In this document: positions 25,612 through 42,324 of the stretch, in pieces
How positions within the stretch are numbered: position 1 is the first letter of the stretch
Layout of the letters: the number at the start of each line of letters is the position of its first letter
Origin: Zygnema circumcarinatum SAG 698-1b
Taxonomy: Eukaryota > Plantae > Zygnematophyceae
DNA: 64,000 bases
Assembly (NCBI GenBank): GCA_037447605.1
Contig: CM074804.1
Coordinates: 2,108,001 to 2,172,000 of the forward strand
Direction: 5' to 3'
Notes under the pieces: generated by a model
What the model saw: the letters and a program-made list of their open reading frames with translations, nothing else
What the model was told of the DNA's origin: nothing
Database searches by the model: none
Position numbers and translations under genes: made by a program

Positions 25612-27611
25612 CTATGACTCGGGAACCGGCATTTCCGTTGAAGCAATGGGCTGCAAAGAGCCCTCCCCTTGCATTCTCTCGTCTGCCTCCTTATCTGCCT
25701 CCGGACCGTTTGCAACTTCGACTTCTGCCTTCGTCTCCGTAGCTGCAACAAGTGCAGTTTCTTCCATATGCAACTTCTTAGCAGGATGCTCCTCTGCTAC
25801 TGCTGCGGCTGCCCGCTTTGACGAGATTCCAACCACTTCACCTGCAGGAGTAGCGTCAGTGGAGGACTTCCGTCCTTTTCCGGCTGATGTCCGGGGTGAG
25901 GCGTTCGGCGCGAGAGGCCGCGGTGATGCGAAAGAAAATCTTTTTGTTGTAACACCTTGTTGCACATATTCTGGATTCTCCGCCAAGAATCTGCACAAGT
26001 GCTCGGTTCAGTTCGCTGGTTTAACAGAAATATATAAGGCAAAAAGATCAATTGGGAGCCCTGACAGACTCGTATTCTTACACCCTTTGCCATGTGCACA
26101 AAATGAAAGGAGTGAAAGGAACGTCGTTCGCAAGCAGAAAGCTGCTGACATGCAAGGTGAGTACGGGAGGATATAAGATACCTTCTGCCTTCCAAGTAAT
26201 ATGGGTAAAGAGCTATCAATCTCAAGAGATGAGAAGCGGTTGCAAGGAAGAAACGACCATAATTTGAGTGACTCCATTTTGAATAATTGCACTGACAGCA
26301 GGGTAGAGTATCTCGGTAAAGTACCAGGCAAAATAGTATCTCCCTATATAGAGCATATTTTGCCTGCCGAATGTCAAGGCAGAGTTTGAACGTAGCTTAC
26401 CTTTCCACATCATTCATGGAACGAAGTGACTTTCCGCACGGGGAATGGTAATAACTGCACTATGCAGCAGCCCAACCGCGCGGTTTAAGTTAACCAACGA
26501 GCTGAAGTTCAACTTGGAATTTCCAATACAAAAACTTGACGGTGTAACAGCGCGAGATAAAAATGGATTCCAACCTCTCAATGTCAAACCAAACGCCAGA
26601 TGACAAAAATTGCGGACATCGCCCTTTTTCCCTCTCTCCTTCTACTTAAACTCCCGTCTTTCAGTCACTCGTTTGGTTTTCCCCTTCCCATCCCAAATGC
26701 TTATCCCATCCCAAATGCTTCATCTCCTATTATCCTGTCTCGCATTTTCAGCTCCTGCTTCCCTCCCTCCTGCCTTTCCCTCCCCCTCTCTCCCTCACCC
26801 TCTCTTCCCCGGCCTCTCCTACTACCTCTCACCTCCCTCTCCCGCTCCCTTCCCCCATCCCTCTCCCATTACACCTCTCCCTTCCGCTCCTAGTACCTCT
26901 ACCCATTCCTCCCCCCCCCTCGCCCTTGCTCTCCATCGCCCATTAACTCTCCCCCTTCCCCTTCCACCATTTCTGCCCTCCTGGCCCGCTCCCCCCCCCG
27001 CACTCTCTCCCCCTCCCTCTCTCTCTCCTTCCCCCCCCCCTCTCAGACCTCCGGAACACTTACACGTCCGAGAACTTGTTGGAAGTGCCCCCCCTGACAA
27101 CAATACGGCGGCGCCAGTTGGGCGGCGGCTGCGGAATGTCCTGGCGGTCCATCGCCCAAAGCAGCGACCCGTCCTGCACGAGATCTGGCGGCGTGGAGCA
27201 GCTCACAGGCGCGTGCTCCCTTCCCAGCCACTCCATGGCTTGCTCGCACGTGAACGGCTGCTTCCCTATGCGCGCTCTAATACCCTCGTAAGTCTCCAGC
27301 GTAGGCACTCGCCGCCACTTCAAGCAGAGAGCGCACTGCACAGTGAAGGCAGTTAGAGTTGCAGGAGGACGCCGCCCGGCTTCTCCCGATTCTCCAGGCG
27401 CTGCCCCTGCTCCTGCGGGAGAAGGTTTTTCTGCAGCCTTGGCGGCCTTCCGTCTTGACGAGGGCTTGGGAGGGAGAGGAGAAAGGGAAACCACAGCTTC
27501 TGCAGGGGCCGGAAGAGCAGGCGAGGGATCCGTAGGCATGGAGGCGCGGTCCGAGGAAGGAGTGCTGAAGAGCTCCGCTTGCTGGGGCGGCGGGTCAGCC
27601 TGCTGCTCCAT
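25612..27611 (-). CDS. zf-CW plus methyl-CpG-binding domain protein (plant MBD2-like); 3 coding exons
   Basis: AFTVQCALCLKWRRVPT...FTCEQA...SCSTPPDLVQDGSLLWAMDRQDIPQPPPNWRRRIVVRGGTSNKFSDV|YYHSPCGKSLRSMNDVER|FLAENPEY..RFSFASPRPL. Confidence 0.88.
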
Positions 27612-28652
27612 GGCGGATCAGGATTTCGCTAATTAGGGTTTGGACGATTAGATATTTTGCGGAAAGGCAGAAAAGGTGAAGGCAGACGTCATTATGGAAT
27701 GTGAGGGCAGTAAGAAAGTGGTGGAACTTTTGGAAGTGCGAGGAGGGCGGGAAAGGCCATGGCTGCCGAGGAGGGGCAGCGAGCCTCAGAAAAGCGTTCC
27801 GCGGCCCACTGAGGGCACTCCCCGCTCGCTTTAAGGACGCGGGTCACGCGCCCGTTCCATGTGACTACCGTTCAGTTTGCGAGGGAAACAATTGGTTGTG
27901 CAACTGAGGCGTTCCCTGTCGAGCCACAAAGTAGAGGCTGTGGTTGAATTGACCTCACGGTGGCCATCAAATGTCAATGGCCAAAGACAAGTGTGTAACC
28001 AAGGTGAAGCGGTAACAAATGACCTAGGAACGAAAGGAGAGCTTTGACCGCCATTCACAGCTAGCAATGTAACATGTACTGAGTTCAAACAATGACTGGC
28101 AGACTCGCTCTATAGTCTTGAGCTGTGCAGCGAGGAAGTACACGGTTTCCCAAATACTGAACCGTTTCACTTCCAATAATGTTTTGCTTGTTCGATCATT
28201 TGGAGGACTGAGTAGGAAGTTCTAATCTTAACAAGACCATCAGGGTCGATATGCGAGTTTCAGCGTGCCAGGAAATACCTTTCCAGCGAGCCCCAAAACG
28301 CGAAGGAATCGTTGGAAAAGGAAAGAAAAGTAACTCGTGGTTGGAGCAGTCCAGTGCGTCGGCTCAAGCAGCGACTATGTCAGCGACAGCGTCACACCCG
28401 ATTCGGAACAAAACGGCTAATTTTAGCGCCGTTTTTCTACAATTGACACTCTTTATTAAGACTGCGCGCCGTCATTGCCTCCATGGCGAGACCCAGAGCA
28501 ACTCGCCACGTGAGGAGTAACACAAGAATAAAAGACTTCAAGACGTTTCCTAATCAAGAGGATACAACGGAATAAATGGCAGTGCCTGCACAAGCAGCTC
28601 GCCCCGATGAGCGGCCAACTCCCTTCTGCATCTCCTCCGCTCCTACGGGAAA

Positions 28653-33117
<4,465 letters not shown>

Positions 33118-34114
33118 TGCAGCAGCTGTGATGGCAGCGCGGCCCACAGCAGGGCAGAGGCAACTATGGCGCCCACGTCGCCTTCGTCGCCAGTAGCACA
33201 GGCAGAGACAGAGACACGTCTTGTTGCGGCCCTAGTCTTTGAGTTTGGGTCCTCCGGGGGGGGGGGCAGGCCTGGGTCTGGCTCTGCAGGAGGGGCCGAT
33301 GCGGCGAGGGCACAAAGGCCCAAAAAAAAGTGAGACAATGGAATGCTTCAATGGCGACAGGGACTGAGGAGAAGGCCCTCAAAAAGTCATCACTCAGATT
33401 CGTTCCTTTCATCGCATGACAACCAGTTCCCACATCGTGAGAGAATCCAATTAGAGATACGTGACAACTGCCACTTGTCGTTCTCTGGAAATTTTGCATG
33501 CGGTAATTTCGTATGGAAGTAGAATTGCAGGTCTCATGTCTGACATGTCACTGCCTACAGTTGGCACATCTTCACCTTGCTATTCCTTTGACCAACATGC
33601 ACATGTCATTGTCATTGACTTTGACAAACATTTACCGTAGAGAAGCAATGGCATGCCAGATGTGTACTATTTCCAGTAATTTCGTGGCGGGTTCACCTTT
33701 TACTGGATTCTTAACTGACCACGAGCTCCATTGTATGTCTTCACCGAAAGTCTACAGGTCGACACAAGCGAACATGATGTTCTTTGCCATATCACAGCAC
33801 CGGTCATCCTTCAGATTAGGTAGGTCTAATTCAAGGAAGTTTCCATTGCTTCATACCTAAGATAGTACAAGAGATACCTGTCCTCCGTTATGAGTGGATG
33901 CTACCTAAGAAGCATCTCCAACTAGATATAGTCCTCTGTTATGATTTTAGACATAAAATATTTACCGTCGTCCCAAGGGCAGCCCCTAACTACTAGAGAA
34001 AACTGGTATCCAGCTCTGCGCGCTCACACTAGGTATACTGAGCGTTGCTGCAGCTCTTGCAGCTCCATCCAAGATACCGAGGTAGGGGCAGTGCGGAAGC
34101 TACAAGTCTACATC

Positions 34115-37100
34115 CTACGGAGCCAGCACAAGCACTTTGATGGTCCCCTGGCTGTTAGCCGCCAGCATGGTAGGACTATCGCTCTTCCAACACACCGCGC
34201 TGATGAAGTGTGCGGCGTCGTCGTCACTGTCCTCCCCAGTAAGAGGGTCTGGAGACCCAAAGCGGTGCACCGCTGCAGGCTTGGACATGGCCTGCCATCC
34301 ATTCCCTCTCCCTCAGTCATTCAGCATAGGCCCAAGATACAGGCACGGTTGTTTGCAGCAATTCTGCTCTCTGCCTTCTATTTCAATGCAAATGAACCTT
34401 AGAGAGTCTTCTCACCTTATAATATACGTACACCTCGTTTGTTTCACTGCCACATGCGATGTAATCGCTGTTGACTGAGAGGCCCACAAAATTTTTCTCA
34501 TTCGTATGTCCTTTCAGTGTTCTCATCTGTAGCCCACCAAGACAGAAAACAAGCAAGTCAGACCAGAATCAGCTTTGCACCTAGCCGATATTGGCTCACT
34601 GCCCTGCCCGCCATGCCAGTTTCCTTACCAGACAGTTTTCTTGCACATCCCACAGCCGGAGTGTGCTGTCCGTAGAAGCTGACGCCAGCTCTGTGGGCGA
34701 TATGAACTTGACATACGAGACAGCTTTGCGGTGGCCGCTGAAGACGTGCAGGGGAACTGATGGATTACGTACATCATAATAATGAATATGATGATCTGCA
34801 GAACCGACCTGCAGAGCAATAACGACAGGATAAGAACCCAAAGCACTCGTCTTCCTGGGACTACAACATCCCGTTGGGACTTTGGAAGTACATGCTGAAC
34901 TAACGTTGCTGCTAAGAAACGGGATCCCTTTCATATTCCTGACACATCAGAAGAACAGCTCCACTTGAGTGTTCTAACTGATTCAATTAATGCTCACCGC
35001 AACATAATTTGCAGATCCTGGGTTGTACTTCACGCAGCAAATGTTGGCCTTCATGTCAATATTAAGTACACTTGCCTCCTGCCTTGTGCACCAGATCTTC
35101 ACCTGCACACCTCAGAAATGAAAAAACGTCATGTCTATAATCATGATGACTCAGCCAAAAGGCCATTATCGAAAGGCAACACAGCTCGGTTGCTTCTGTT
35201 ATTCCAATCTCACCTTGCCATCATCGCTGCCTGAGACCAATCTCGTTGGTTCTGTCCGTGAGAAATCCACGCTCCACGCCCTCTTCTCATGCTCCTCATA
35301 CTCCATTACACTCTGCACGACATCACACCATTCACCAGCAATTAAGAAGATTGCAGAAACTCATGATGGTGAGATTTCACGGCAACTGCGTGGCAGAGGT
35401 CCCGTTTGAAATGAAGCTTAAACAGTTTATCGGCAGATGTACTCTTAAGATTACACACCTGGCAAGTGTTGACATCCCACACAGTGACGATGCCTTCATA
35501 GTCGCTACTTGCAATGTGCGCCTTCACATACTTATTCCAGCTCAAACAACTAAGTTTCGATCGCGTAGGCATCTCTACAACAGGGCAATGGACGTCTGCC
35601 ATCTCATTCACTACCTGCATTCACAGGAAAAGTAGGCAACGATGAGAACATAAATTTCATGGTGGGTTGCATCGTGGGCGAGGAAGGAGGAGAGCAGAAG
35701 CAGAGCCAAGAGTCAGATGGAGAGATAATGCCATACCGTAGCATACTCGAAAACCTTTATTCGTCTAGACACTCCCGCAGTCGCAAACAGCTCATCATCC
35801 CGATCGAATTCAATGCTGCCACAACACCAAGACAAGTGAAGTTAGGTTTGGTCATGAATCTCTTCTCAGCATCAAGCACATGAGTGCGTGACCTAACAAC
35901 ACTTGCACAAGAGCCTCACCTGGACACAATGTTGGAGGAATGGAAGAGATCTCCATGCCGCAGTTCTGCCGTCACCCGCAGTCGGCTGCACAAATCACCA
36001 GCCCATGTCAGGATGCAGCAGAAACCCAAAATCTCATGCCACACACCAGCGAATACGCAGCCCCATTATGAATGCTCTGCAGTTTTGTCATGCCTTCACA
36101 TATACTAGCTACTTCAAAAACATCGTTATCCAAACATTTTCCCGTGCCTGCTTCCAAAGGTCTGACCCAGAATAGATATAACTTAGGGGAATGGACGAAT
36201 GCATGTAGCCAAAGCAGCAACCCCCACGTATAGATTCACCACAAGAGACTTTTCCAAAAACAAAACTTGAACACGAGGCCGTGTCGGAGATAGATCACGG
36301 AGTAGACAAGACGCAGCGGGAATGAAGGCGAAGGCATCCCAACCTGTACTTGGTGAATGCAGTAAGTACTGTTTGAAAATCATCAAGGCCTGTTCGCTGA
36401 CTGCCAGGATCTGCAGACGCGCCATCCTGATTCTGGGCGAATGTCCTGCGTCGTCGGTGTAGATAGCACTCTTGCAAGTCGTCGAACTGCATGCAGCGTA
36501 GACCAATCCAGGTAAGCCTGAAGCGCTAAATTACAGAAAAGCATTCTGTTGAAAATAGACGATGCAAACCCATCAAAGACCTCATATCTGTGGACTGAAA
36601 AGAAACTCCTCAGGAATAAACACCAGCGCTTCACCTGTGAAAATACCCGTCGTTTCTTTGCCACAGTTGCAGCTGCTACAGCAGTTGCAGTAGCTGCAGC
36701 TGCAGCCCCTGATAGTTCAGACGGAGTCACGTCAATATATCCTGGCTCCTCCTTCACAGTGGCCCCTTGCCAGGTCTTCCCAGACATCTTTTTTCTCGCT
36801 GCGGCTGAGACACCGAGTCCTGCACCGCCCTGTCCCCCGCGCGCTTGGCTCCCGCCTCCCCCAGGCTTGTCTCTCCCCAGCGGATCTGGAGCAGCTTGAG
36901 GCCCCTCCAGCAGCAGCCTCAACTTGGCAGATGAACGCTCCCGCATGTACATGAGATCATTCCGCCGTCCCTCCACTGCTGAAATATCCTCCTTCAAGAA
37001 TTGCAAATCTGTTTGCAACTGCCCATGTCCAAAACAGGAGCAACACGAAACACATTCATTGTTCTGAAGCAGAGAGGAGACTCGCAACAGAAGGCAGATA

Positions 37101-38526
37101 TGGACAACTTCATCTGTGCAGAGCTGCAAAGAGCGCCACTGCAAGTAGAGGGCAAAATACCTCCTGAAGCTCCGCCTGCTTTTGCTGACAAGAACGGTGA
37201 AGGAAGTCCAAAAGAATCTCCATATTTACTTCTGCCTCCTCTTGTTCCGCTTTCCGTTTTTTCTCCGCCAGCAATGCCAGAAGCGAGTCCAGTTCCTTGA
37301 CAGATAACTCAGCCCCCTGAATATACAGAAGGATACACATCAACGCCTTATCTAACATGTCCCCAAGGACAAACGAATACTTTCATACGAAGAACAACAC
37401 CCCAGCATGCGCAAAGCAATATCTCCACCACGGCAGCATGGGCAGTACAACTTCAAATGCGTTTTCTCCACCTTCGTCAAGTTCCCTCCGTGCCTAGTAG
37501 AAACCGATAAATGCTCCACGTAAGCAATAGTACGACAGAACCCTTCACCTTCTCATTTGTCTAAGTAGATGAAAAAAATGTCCTTACAGCCAGGGTTGCA
37601 CTCTGAGATGGCTGACCTGTTGAAGTGCAAGTCGCAAGTGCTCGATCGGAGACGCATTACTGACAAGCTGGCAAGCTGCTGCCTTCTTCAACAACTGCAA
37701 ACGAAGCATACATGACAGATGAGAACAGCTCTCTGACACGAAGAATTGTGCGGCAAGTGTTAAGTGTGACCAATTCTCCTAGTGCAACTTCAAAAAGCAC
37801 AACATCACTTCCTTGTGAAGGGATATGAATTTTTGGAATGTCGACGAATATAAGAACGACAGACAGAAACCCCAAAAAGAATCAATACGAACTTCTAGAA
37901 GTACACCCGACAAAGAATGAAAAACCATCTTTAGTTACAAGGATCAAGAGTAAGAGCTAGTTTCTCGAAGTTGCGTATTTGGCTCGTTCGACAAATGCTG
38001 TGATAACGGCAACCTATATTACATGCAATGCTGCAACAAGGATTCCGTTGCCCTCCCAAGTGCCATGCAGTACTCGCGACGCCGCGCGAAAGGGGCACGG
38101 TGTACACTTCATTTCGCGGATTCGACATCTTCCGCTATCTTGATGCTCTATGTCCAGTGGAGCTCAGAAGTCCCGCCATCTCCTCTTGAGTGTTCTCACC
38201 TTGTTCAGCAGAAAGTTCGGAAAAAGCTGGTCGTGCGTCAGAAACTGTCCGCAACACGGGCAGTTCTGCCGGTTGTTCAAGTGCGTGGTGACGCAGGAGT
38301 AACAAAAGCTGTGGCCGCACGACGTCAAGAACGCGTCCTTTATCCTCTGCATGCAGATCGGGCACAGCAGGTCCTTGTCCAGCTGAGCGTGCGCTCCGTG
38401 CATCACCACCGTCTCGTCATCCCCAGCCGTGCCCCCTGTCTCCCTTCCCGCTTCCGTCTTCACCATCACCATGGATGGCACATGGCTTGGCAGCCCCCCC
38501 GACCCATCCGTCAGCTGAAACTCCAT
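34115..38526 (-). CDS. COP1: E3 ubiquitin ligase COP1 (RING, coiled-coil, WD40); multi-exon
   Basis: [51 protein letters not shown], coiled coil ([21 protein letters not shown]), [89 protein letters not shown]. Confidence 0.97.
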
Positions 38527-39151
38527 TGCCGCCTTCCCTCCTCTCTCTCCCTCCTGCCTCTCCCTCTCCCACTCTCCCTCTCCCCCTCTCTCCCTCTCCA
38601 CGTCTCTCCCTCTCTCACTCTCTCCCTCTTTCCCTCTCCTTCTCTGCCTCTCTCTCTTTCCTACTGCCTCTCTGCCTCTCTGCCTCTCTGCCTCTCTGCC
38701 TCTCTCCCTATGGCTCCAAGGCGTCCAGAAGCGGCGCAGCGGATATTAGGGTTGGCGGGGGCCCGCGGCCCTGCCCTGCGCGGGACCGGCCGACCGGCCC
38801 AGAGGCGGGCCACGTGCCTGGGGAGCCGCGGGCCGCCCAGGGCCGACGTGGCGCCCTCTCCGTCGCCGGACGGCGGGCCGCCCCCGTTCCATGTGACCCG
38901 CACGCGCCGTGCAACGGGCACCGCATGGAACGCTGGCGGCGGACGCGACCATTTATGGCGCGCTGCCGCGCTGGCGCCTCCTGACTCGCGGGCGGTGGCG
39001 TTCTGCCACGTGGCGCGCGCTCTGATGGCCACGTCTGAGATCTGGTAGTCCGTGGCGGGCTTTGGACGGATTTGGGACTTGGGAGGCGGGGGGGCGCGGG
39101 CGGAGCTTCGGGGCACGCCATTGGCTGGTTCAAAACCGGGGGGGGCGCGGG

Positions 39152-39201
39152 CAAATCAGGACACGCCACGTCATAATTCCGCCAATCAGGACACACCACG
39201 T
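39152..39201 (+). promoter_or_regulatory. Tandem C(A/C)AAT-N9-CCACGT composite elements, 30 bp apart, in the COP1/GNAT divergent promoter
   Basis: CAAAT-caggacacg-CCACGTC at 39152 and CCAAT-caggacaca-CCACGTC at 39182. Confidence 0.6.
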
Positions 39202-39544
39202 CAGCCGGCGCCACGCCAACGGTTCTGTGGGCTCGCCGCCCGACAGTCCAAATCAGAAAGAAAGGAAATTAATGGGTCGGATAGGACGACATGGAACGGG
39301 ACGGTTAAACGACCAGTAATACTTGACTGGTTCGAACATAGAGCTTCTAAGAACTGTGAAAACCGATCATGGAAAGGGCGCGTGTTCCCGTGAAACGCGA
39401 CTGTCAGTATAGAGCAGAGAGGTGAGCGTTGTCGTTTGCGTCGTCACTCGTCACCTGCTTGAGCGCCTCGATGCGTTCCTTCACTGGCCCACCATGGGCT
39501 GCCATGGCGGCTTCGCGCCTGCTGCCAACCGGCAGGCCGCTCTG

Positions 39545-40477
39545 ATGGACCCGCGCATGGTGACAGTAACCTTGGAAAAGCAGGCCTTTTCGCAGGCGGT
39601 TGGATGTTCCCGATCACAGTTTTTTGCTGGAGCATTCATGTCGACCGCAGGAGGCAGTGCACCGTACTGCCTATTCTCCTGGGAGCCCCTTCAACCAGCA
39701 GCTTGCCACGCTTGGATCGGTTTCAGACCGCCATGCTCGCCCTCTTCTGTTTCGGAGGTCTTTTCTTCAGAGAAGCGCACTGGCGCTGTTAGGAGGTTTC
39801 ACAGCAGCGCGGCTCTTGTGACGCGTGGCGGGCGAGGAGTCTTTTGCTGCGGTCCTTTGCTTCCCGGCAGCTGGCAGACAGAGCCACCCGAAACCCGGCC
39901 GAGCAAGAGCCGCGGTTACTCCCTCATGTCATGGAGACTGAATGCCGAGAGACTACAGGACGGGCAAGCCGCCTGCACTTCCTCTCGCTATACCTCCGAA
40001 GCTGCGGGTGTCACTGAAAATGGCCTTTTCTCGCTAAGCGACGAAGTCCTGGCGGCTCGAGGCTTGGAGCTCTCAGCGGATTACAGAGAGCTGGAATTAG
40101 AGCAGTTGAACATGCTTTTTGCAAAGGTTGGCTTTCCTAAAAGAGAGAAGGGAAAGCTGACAATAGCCTTGGAGCACACCTTGGCGCTTCTGTGGGTGAG
40201 GGAGGTGCGAACGGGCCGGCTGGTGGCATTTGCACGAGCTACTGGCGATGCAGTTTTCAATGCAATCATTTGGGATGTCGTTGTTGATCCTTCCTATCAG
40301 GGCTCGGGACTCGGAAAAGCGGTAATGGAACGGCTAATGGCAAGTCTTCTCGCCAAAGGCGTGTGCAACATTGCACTCTATGCAGAACCTAATGTGGTTG
40401 GCTTCTACAAGCCTTTAGGTTTTGTTAGTGATCCAGATGGCGTTCGAGGAATGGCTTATAAGCGCAGCAAGTCGTAA
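39545..40477 (+). CDS. Plastid GNAT-family acetyltransferase (GNAT1/SNAT2-like), intronless CDS; probable 5'UTR intron ~39421-39535
   Basis: LEQLNMLFAKVGFPKR..IALEHTLALLWV..VAFARATGDAVFNAIIWDVVVDPSYQGSGLGKAVMERL..GVCNIALYAEPNVVGFYKPLGFVSDPDG. The start codon is uncertain (39493 or 39545). Confidence 0.88.
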   Translation: MDPRMVTVTLEKQAFSQAVGCSRSQFFAGAFMSTAGGSAPYCLFSWEPLQPAACHAWIGFRPPCSPSSVSEVFSSEKRTGAVRRFHSSAALVTRGGRGVFCCGPLLPGSWQTEPPETRPSKSRGYSLMSWRLNAERLQDGQAACTSSRYTSEAAGVTENGLFSLSDEVLAARGLELSADYRELELEQLNMLFAKVGFPKREKGKLTIALEHTLALLWVREVRTGRLVAFARATGDAVFNAIIWDVVVDPSYQGSGLGKAVMERLMASLLAKGVCNIALYAEPNVVGFYKPLGFVSDPDGVRGMAYKRSKS

Positions 40478-40678
40478 GCAAAGTCCAGCAATAACTGATA
40501 AGTGTCAAAAGTGATGTCAGTCATTAGTTTTAGGATGCACTTGCGGCCTACCAAAGCATCAAAGTTTAGGGCCTGCGGGTCGATTACAGATGTCTCCCCT
40601 GTACATCGCAAACCTTAGAGAGAACTAGACCCTGAGGCTGTACTGGTGCATATTGTACAGGATGATTTCTCTTGTCGC

Positions 40679-40715
40679 GCTAGGGGTTAGGGTTTTGAGG
40701 GGTTTTAGGGTTTCG
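40679..40715 (+). repeat. Short degenerate telomere-like tract
   Basis: gctaggggttagggttttgaggggttttagggtttcg, read directly. Confidence 0.5.
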
Positions 40716-40799
40716 AGTTGCTGTATACTTTAATCATCACGATGTGTCTACTAGAAGAGACCAGTGACTATTTCAAGCTGCATTTATAAACTTGAAATT

Positions 40800-41260
40800 G
40801 AATTTTCTTGACCAAATTGTTCGTCAGCTGTTGCAAAGATAACCGGCACTTGAACCACTTACCTACTCTCAATAGACTGCCTGTGGCATTCTAGAAGCGA
40901 TAGTGGACATAGGTGGCCAGTTAATCTCAGGCTGTTCTACTATCCCATTGATTGAGGCTAATACCTTCAGCCTACTTGGAAGACCTTCAATTGAACCAGA
41001 CTATTTGTTTGTTTTCATAAGCTGAATTGCAGAAATCAACCCTTATTGTTCACCCAGGGATAAACAGACATCCACTGAACCAGAACGGGCTCATTTTGTT
41101 CCATGACCCTGCTGGAACGGCAAGTAGAATGGACTGGTACAGCAAGACCAATTGCCTGCCTTGGGACCTCTACTTAGTCCGAAGATGATCAAGATCTTCC
41201 ACTCATTCGTCCATAGCTTGAATGCATTGTCTTTCCTGTAGTAAGGCACAGTATCCCTCG
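40800..41260 (+). mobile_element. Possible highly decayed Ty3/gypsy integrase remnant
   Basis: Broken-frame fragments FLDQIVR, (F)HP..LNQ, WDLYL and THSSI occur in the order seen in gypsy integrases, but spacing is imperfect and stops are frequent. Confidence 0.25.
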
Positions 41261-41730
41261 TCTGCCTACTGTCACGAGTGCCTCAAAGACTGTTAAATAC
41301 GTCTTGTTTATTACACGGAAGCAAGTCCAGAGGCTTCCTTCACATAGTGAAAGCCACGACGCAATCGTGTGCGCCTCTCGTATATTCGACAGGTACAGGC
41401 CTCCAGAGTGTTGCAACGCACCAACTTGGTATCCGAACATCGGTGACGATCCAACCCTCTTGAGCGCGAGTTGCCATCATTGCTGACGAGTTTGTGCGTA
41501 GATGCTCCACGCTAGCGGCTAATGATATTTCTAGGTACCTAGTCTTGTCGTCACTCTCTGTGGGCTGGCATCCACGTTGTCTCTAGGGCTGTTCTTTGGC
41601 GCGTGCTTTTACTCTAGATAGTTACTCTCACACAGCACAACATGTCTAGCTCCACCAAGCTCAGACTTGACATTTCGCCGCAAGTACGGGACTCCACATG
41701 TAGAGCGCCATGGACCGAAAAAAACCACCC

Positions 41731-42051
41731 CTAGCCTCTAGCCTCTAGCCTCTAGCCTCTAGCCTCTAGCCTCTAGCCTCTAGCCTCTAGCCTCTAGCCT
41801 CTAGCCTCTAGCCTCTAGCCTCTAGCCTCTAGCCTCTAGCCTCTAGCCTCTAGCCTCTAGCCTCTAGCCTCTAGCCTCTAGCCTCTAGCCTCTAAGCATC
41901 AAGCCTCTCTAGCCTCTAGCCTCTAGCCTCTAGCCTCTAGCCTCTTAGCCTCTAGCCTCTAGCCTCTTAGCCTCTAGCCTCTAGCCTCTAGCCTCTAGCC
42001 TCCCGCCTCTAGCCTCTAGCCTCCCGCCTCTAGCCTCTAGCCTCTAGCCTC
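41731..42051 (+). repeat. (GCCTCTA)n heptanucleotide satellite, about 45 units
   Basis: Direct reading, with a few variant units. Confidence 0.97.
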
Positions 42052-42127
42052 CCGTACGAACATGTACGGCAACCCGCCGTATGTACGTACGGTCGGCGCG
42101 CGCATGGCCGTGCGCTGCCCGCCGGGA

Positions 42128-42135
42128 TTTCGCGC
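42128..42135 (+). promoter_or_regulatory. Possible E2F site TTTCGCGC upstream of PCH2
   Basis: Exact match to the TTTSSCGS consensus about 190 bp upstream of the ATG. A chance match in GC-rich DNA is plausible. Confidence 0.3.
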
Positions 42136-42183
42136 GCGCTTTTTGGGACGCCGCGCTTGACCAAGGGCAGGGTCCAGAGGCCC

Positions 42184-42221
<38 letters not shown>

Positions 42222-42324
42222 CCCTCTCTCACTCTCTCTCGCGCGCGCGTGCGCGCTGCTCTCCTATCTGTGGTGCTGCTGGAGGCGGGGAGGCGCGCCT
42301 TGTACTGCGAGCCAATCAGTGGCC

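Noticed and set aside
39545-40477. Intronless GNAT CDS in an intron-rich neighbourhood, suggesting a retrocopy
   Set aside because: There is no poly-A or TSD evidence, a 5'UTR intron is likely, and land-plant orthologues may also be intron-poor.
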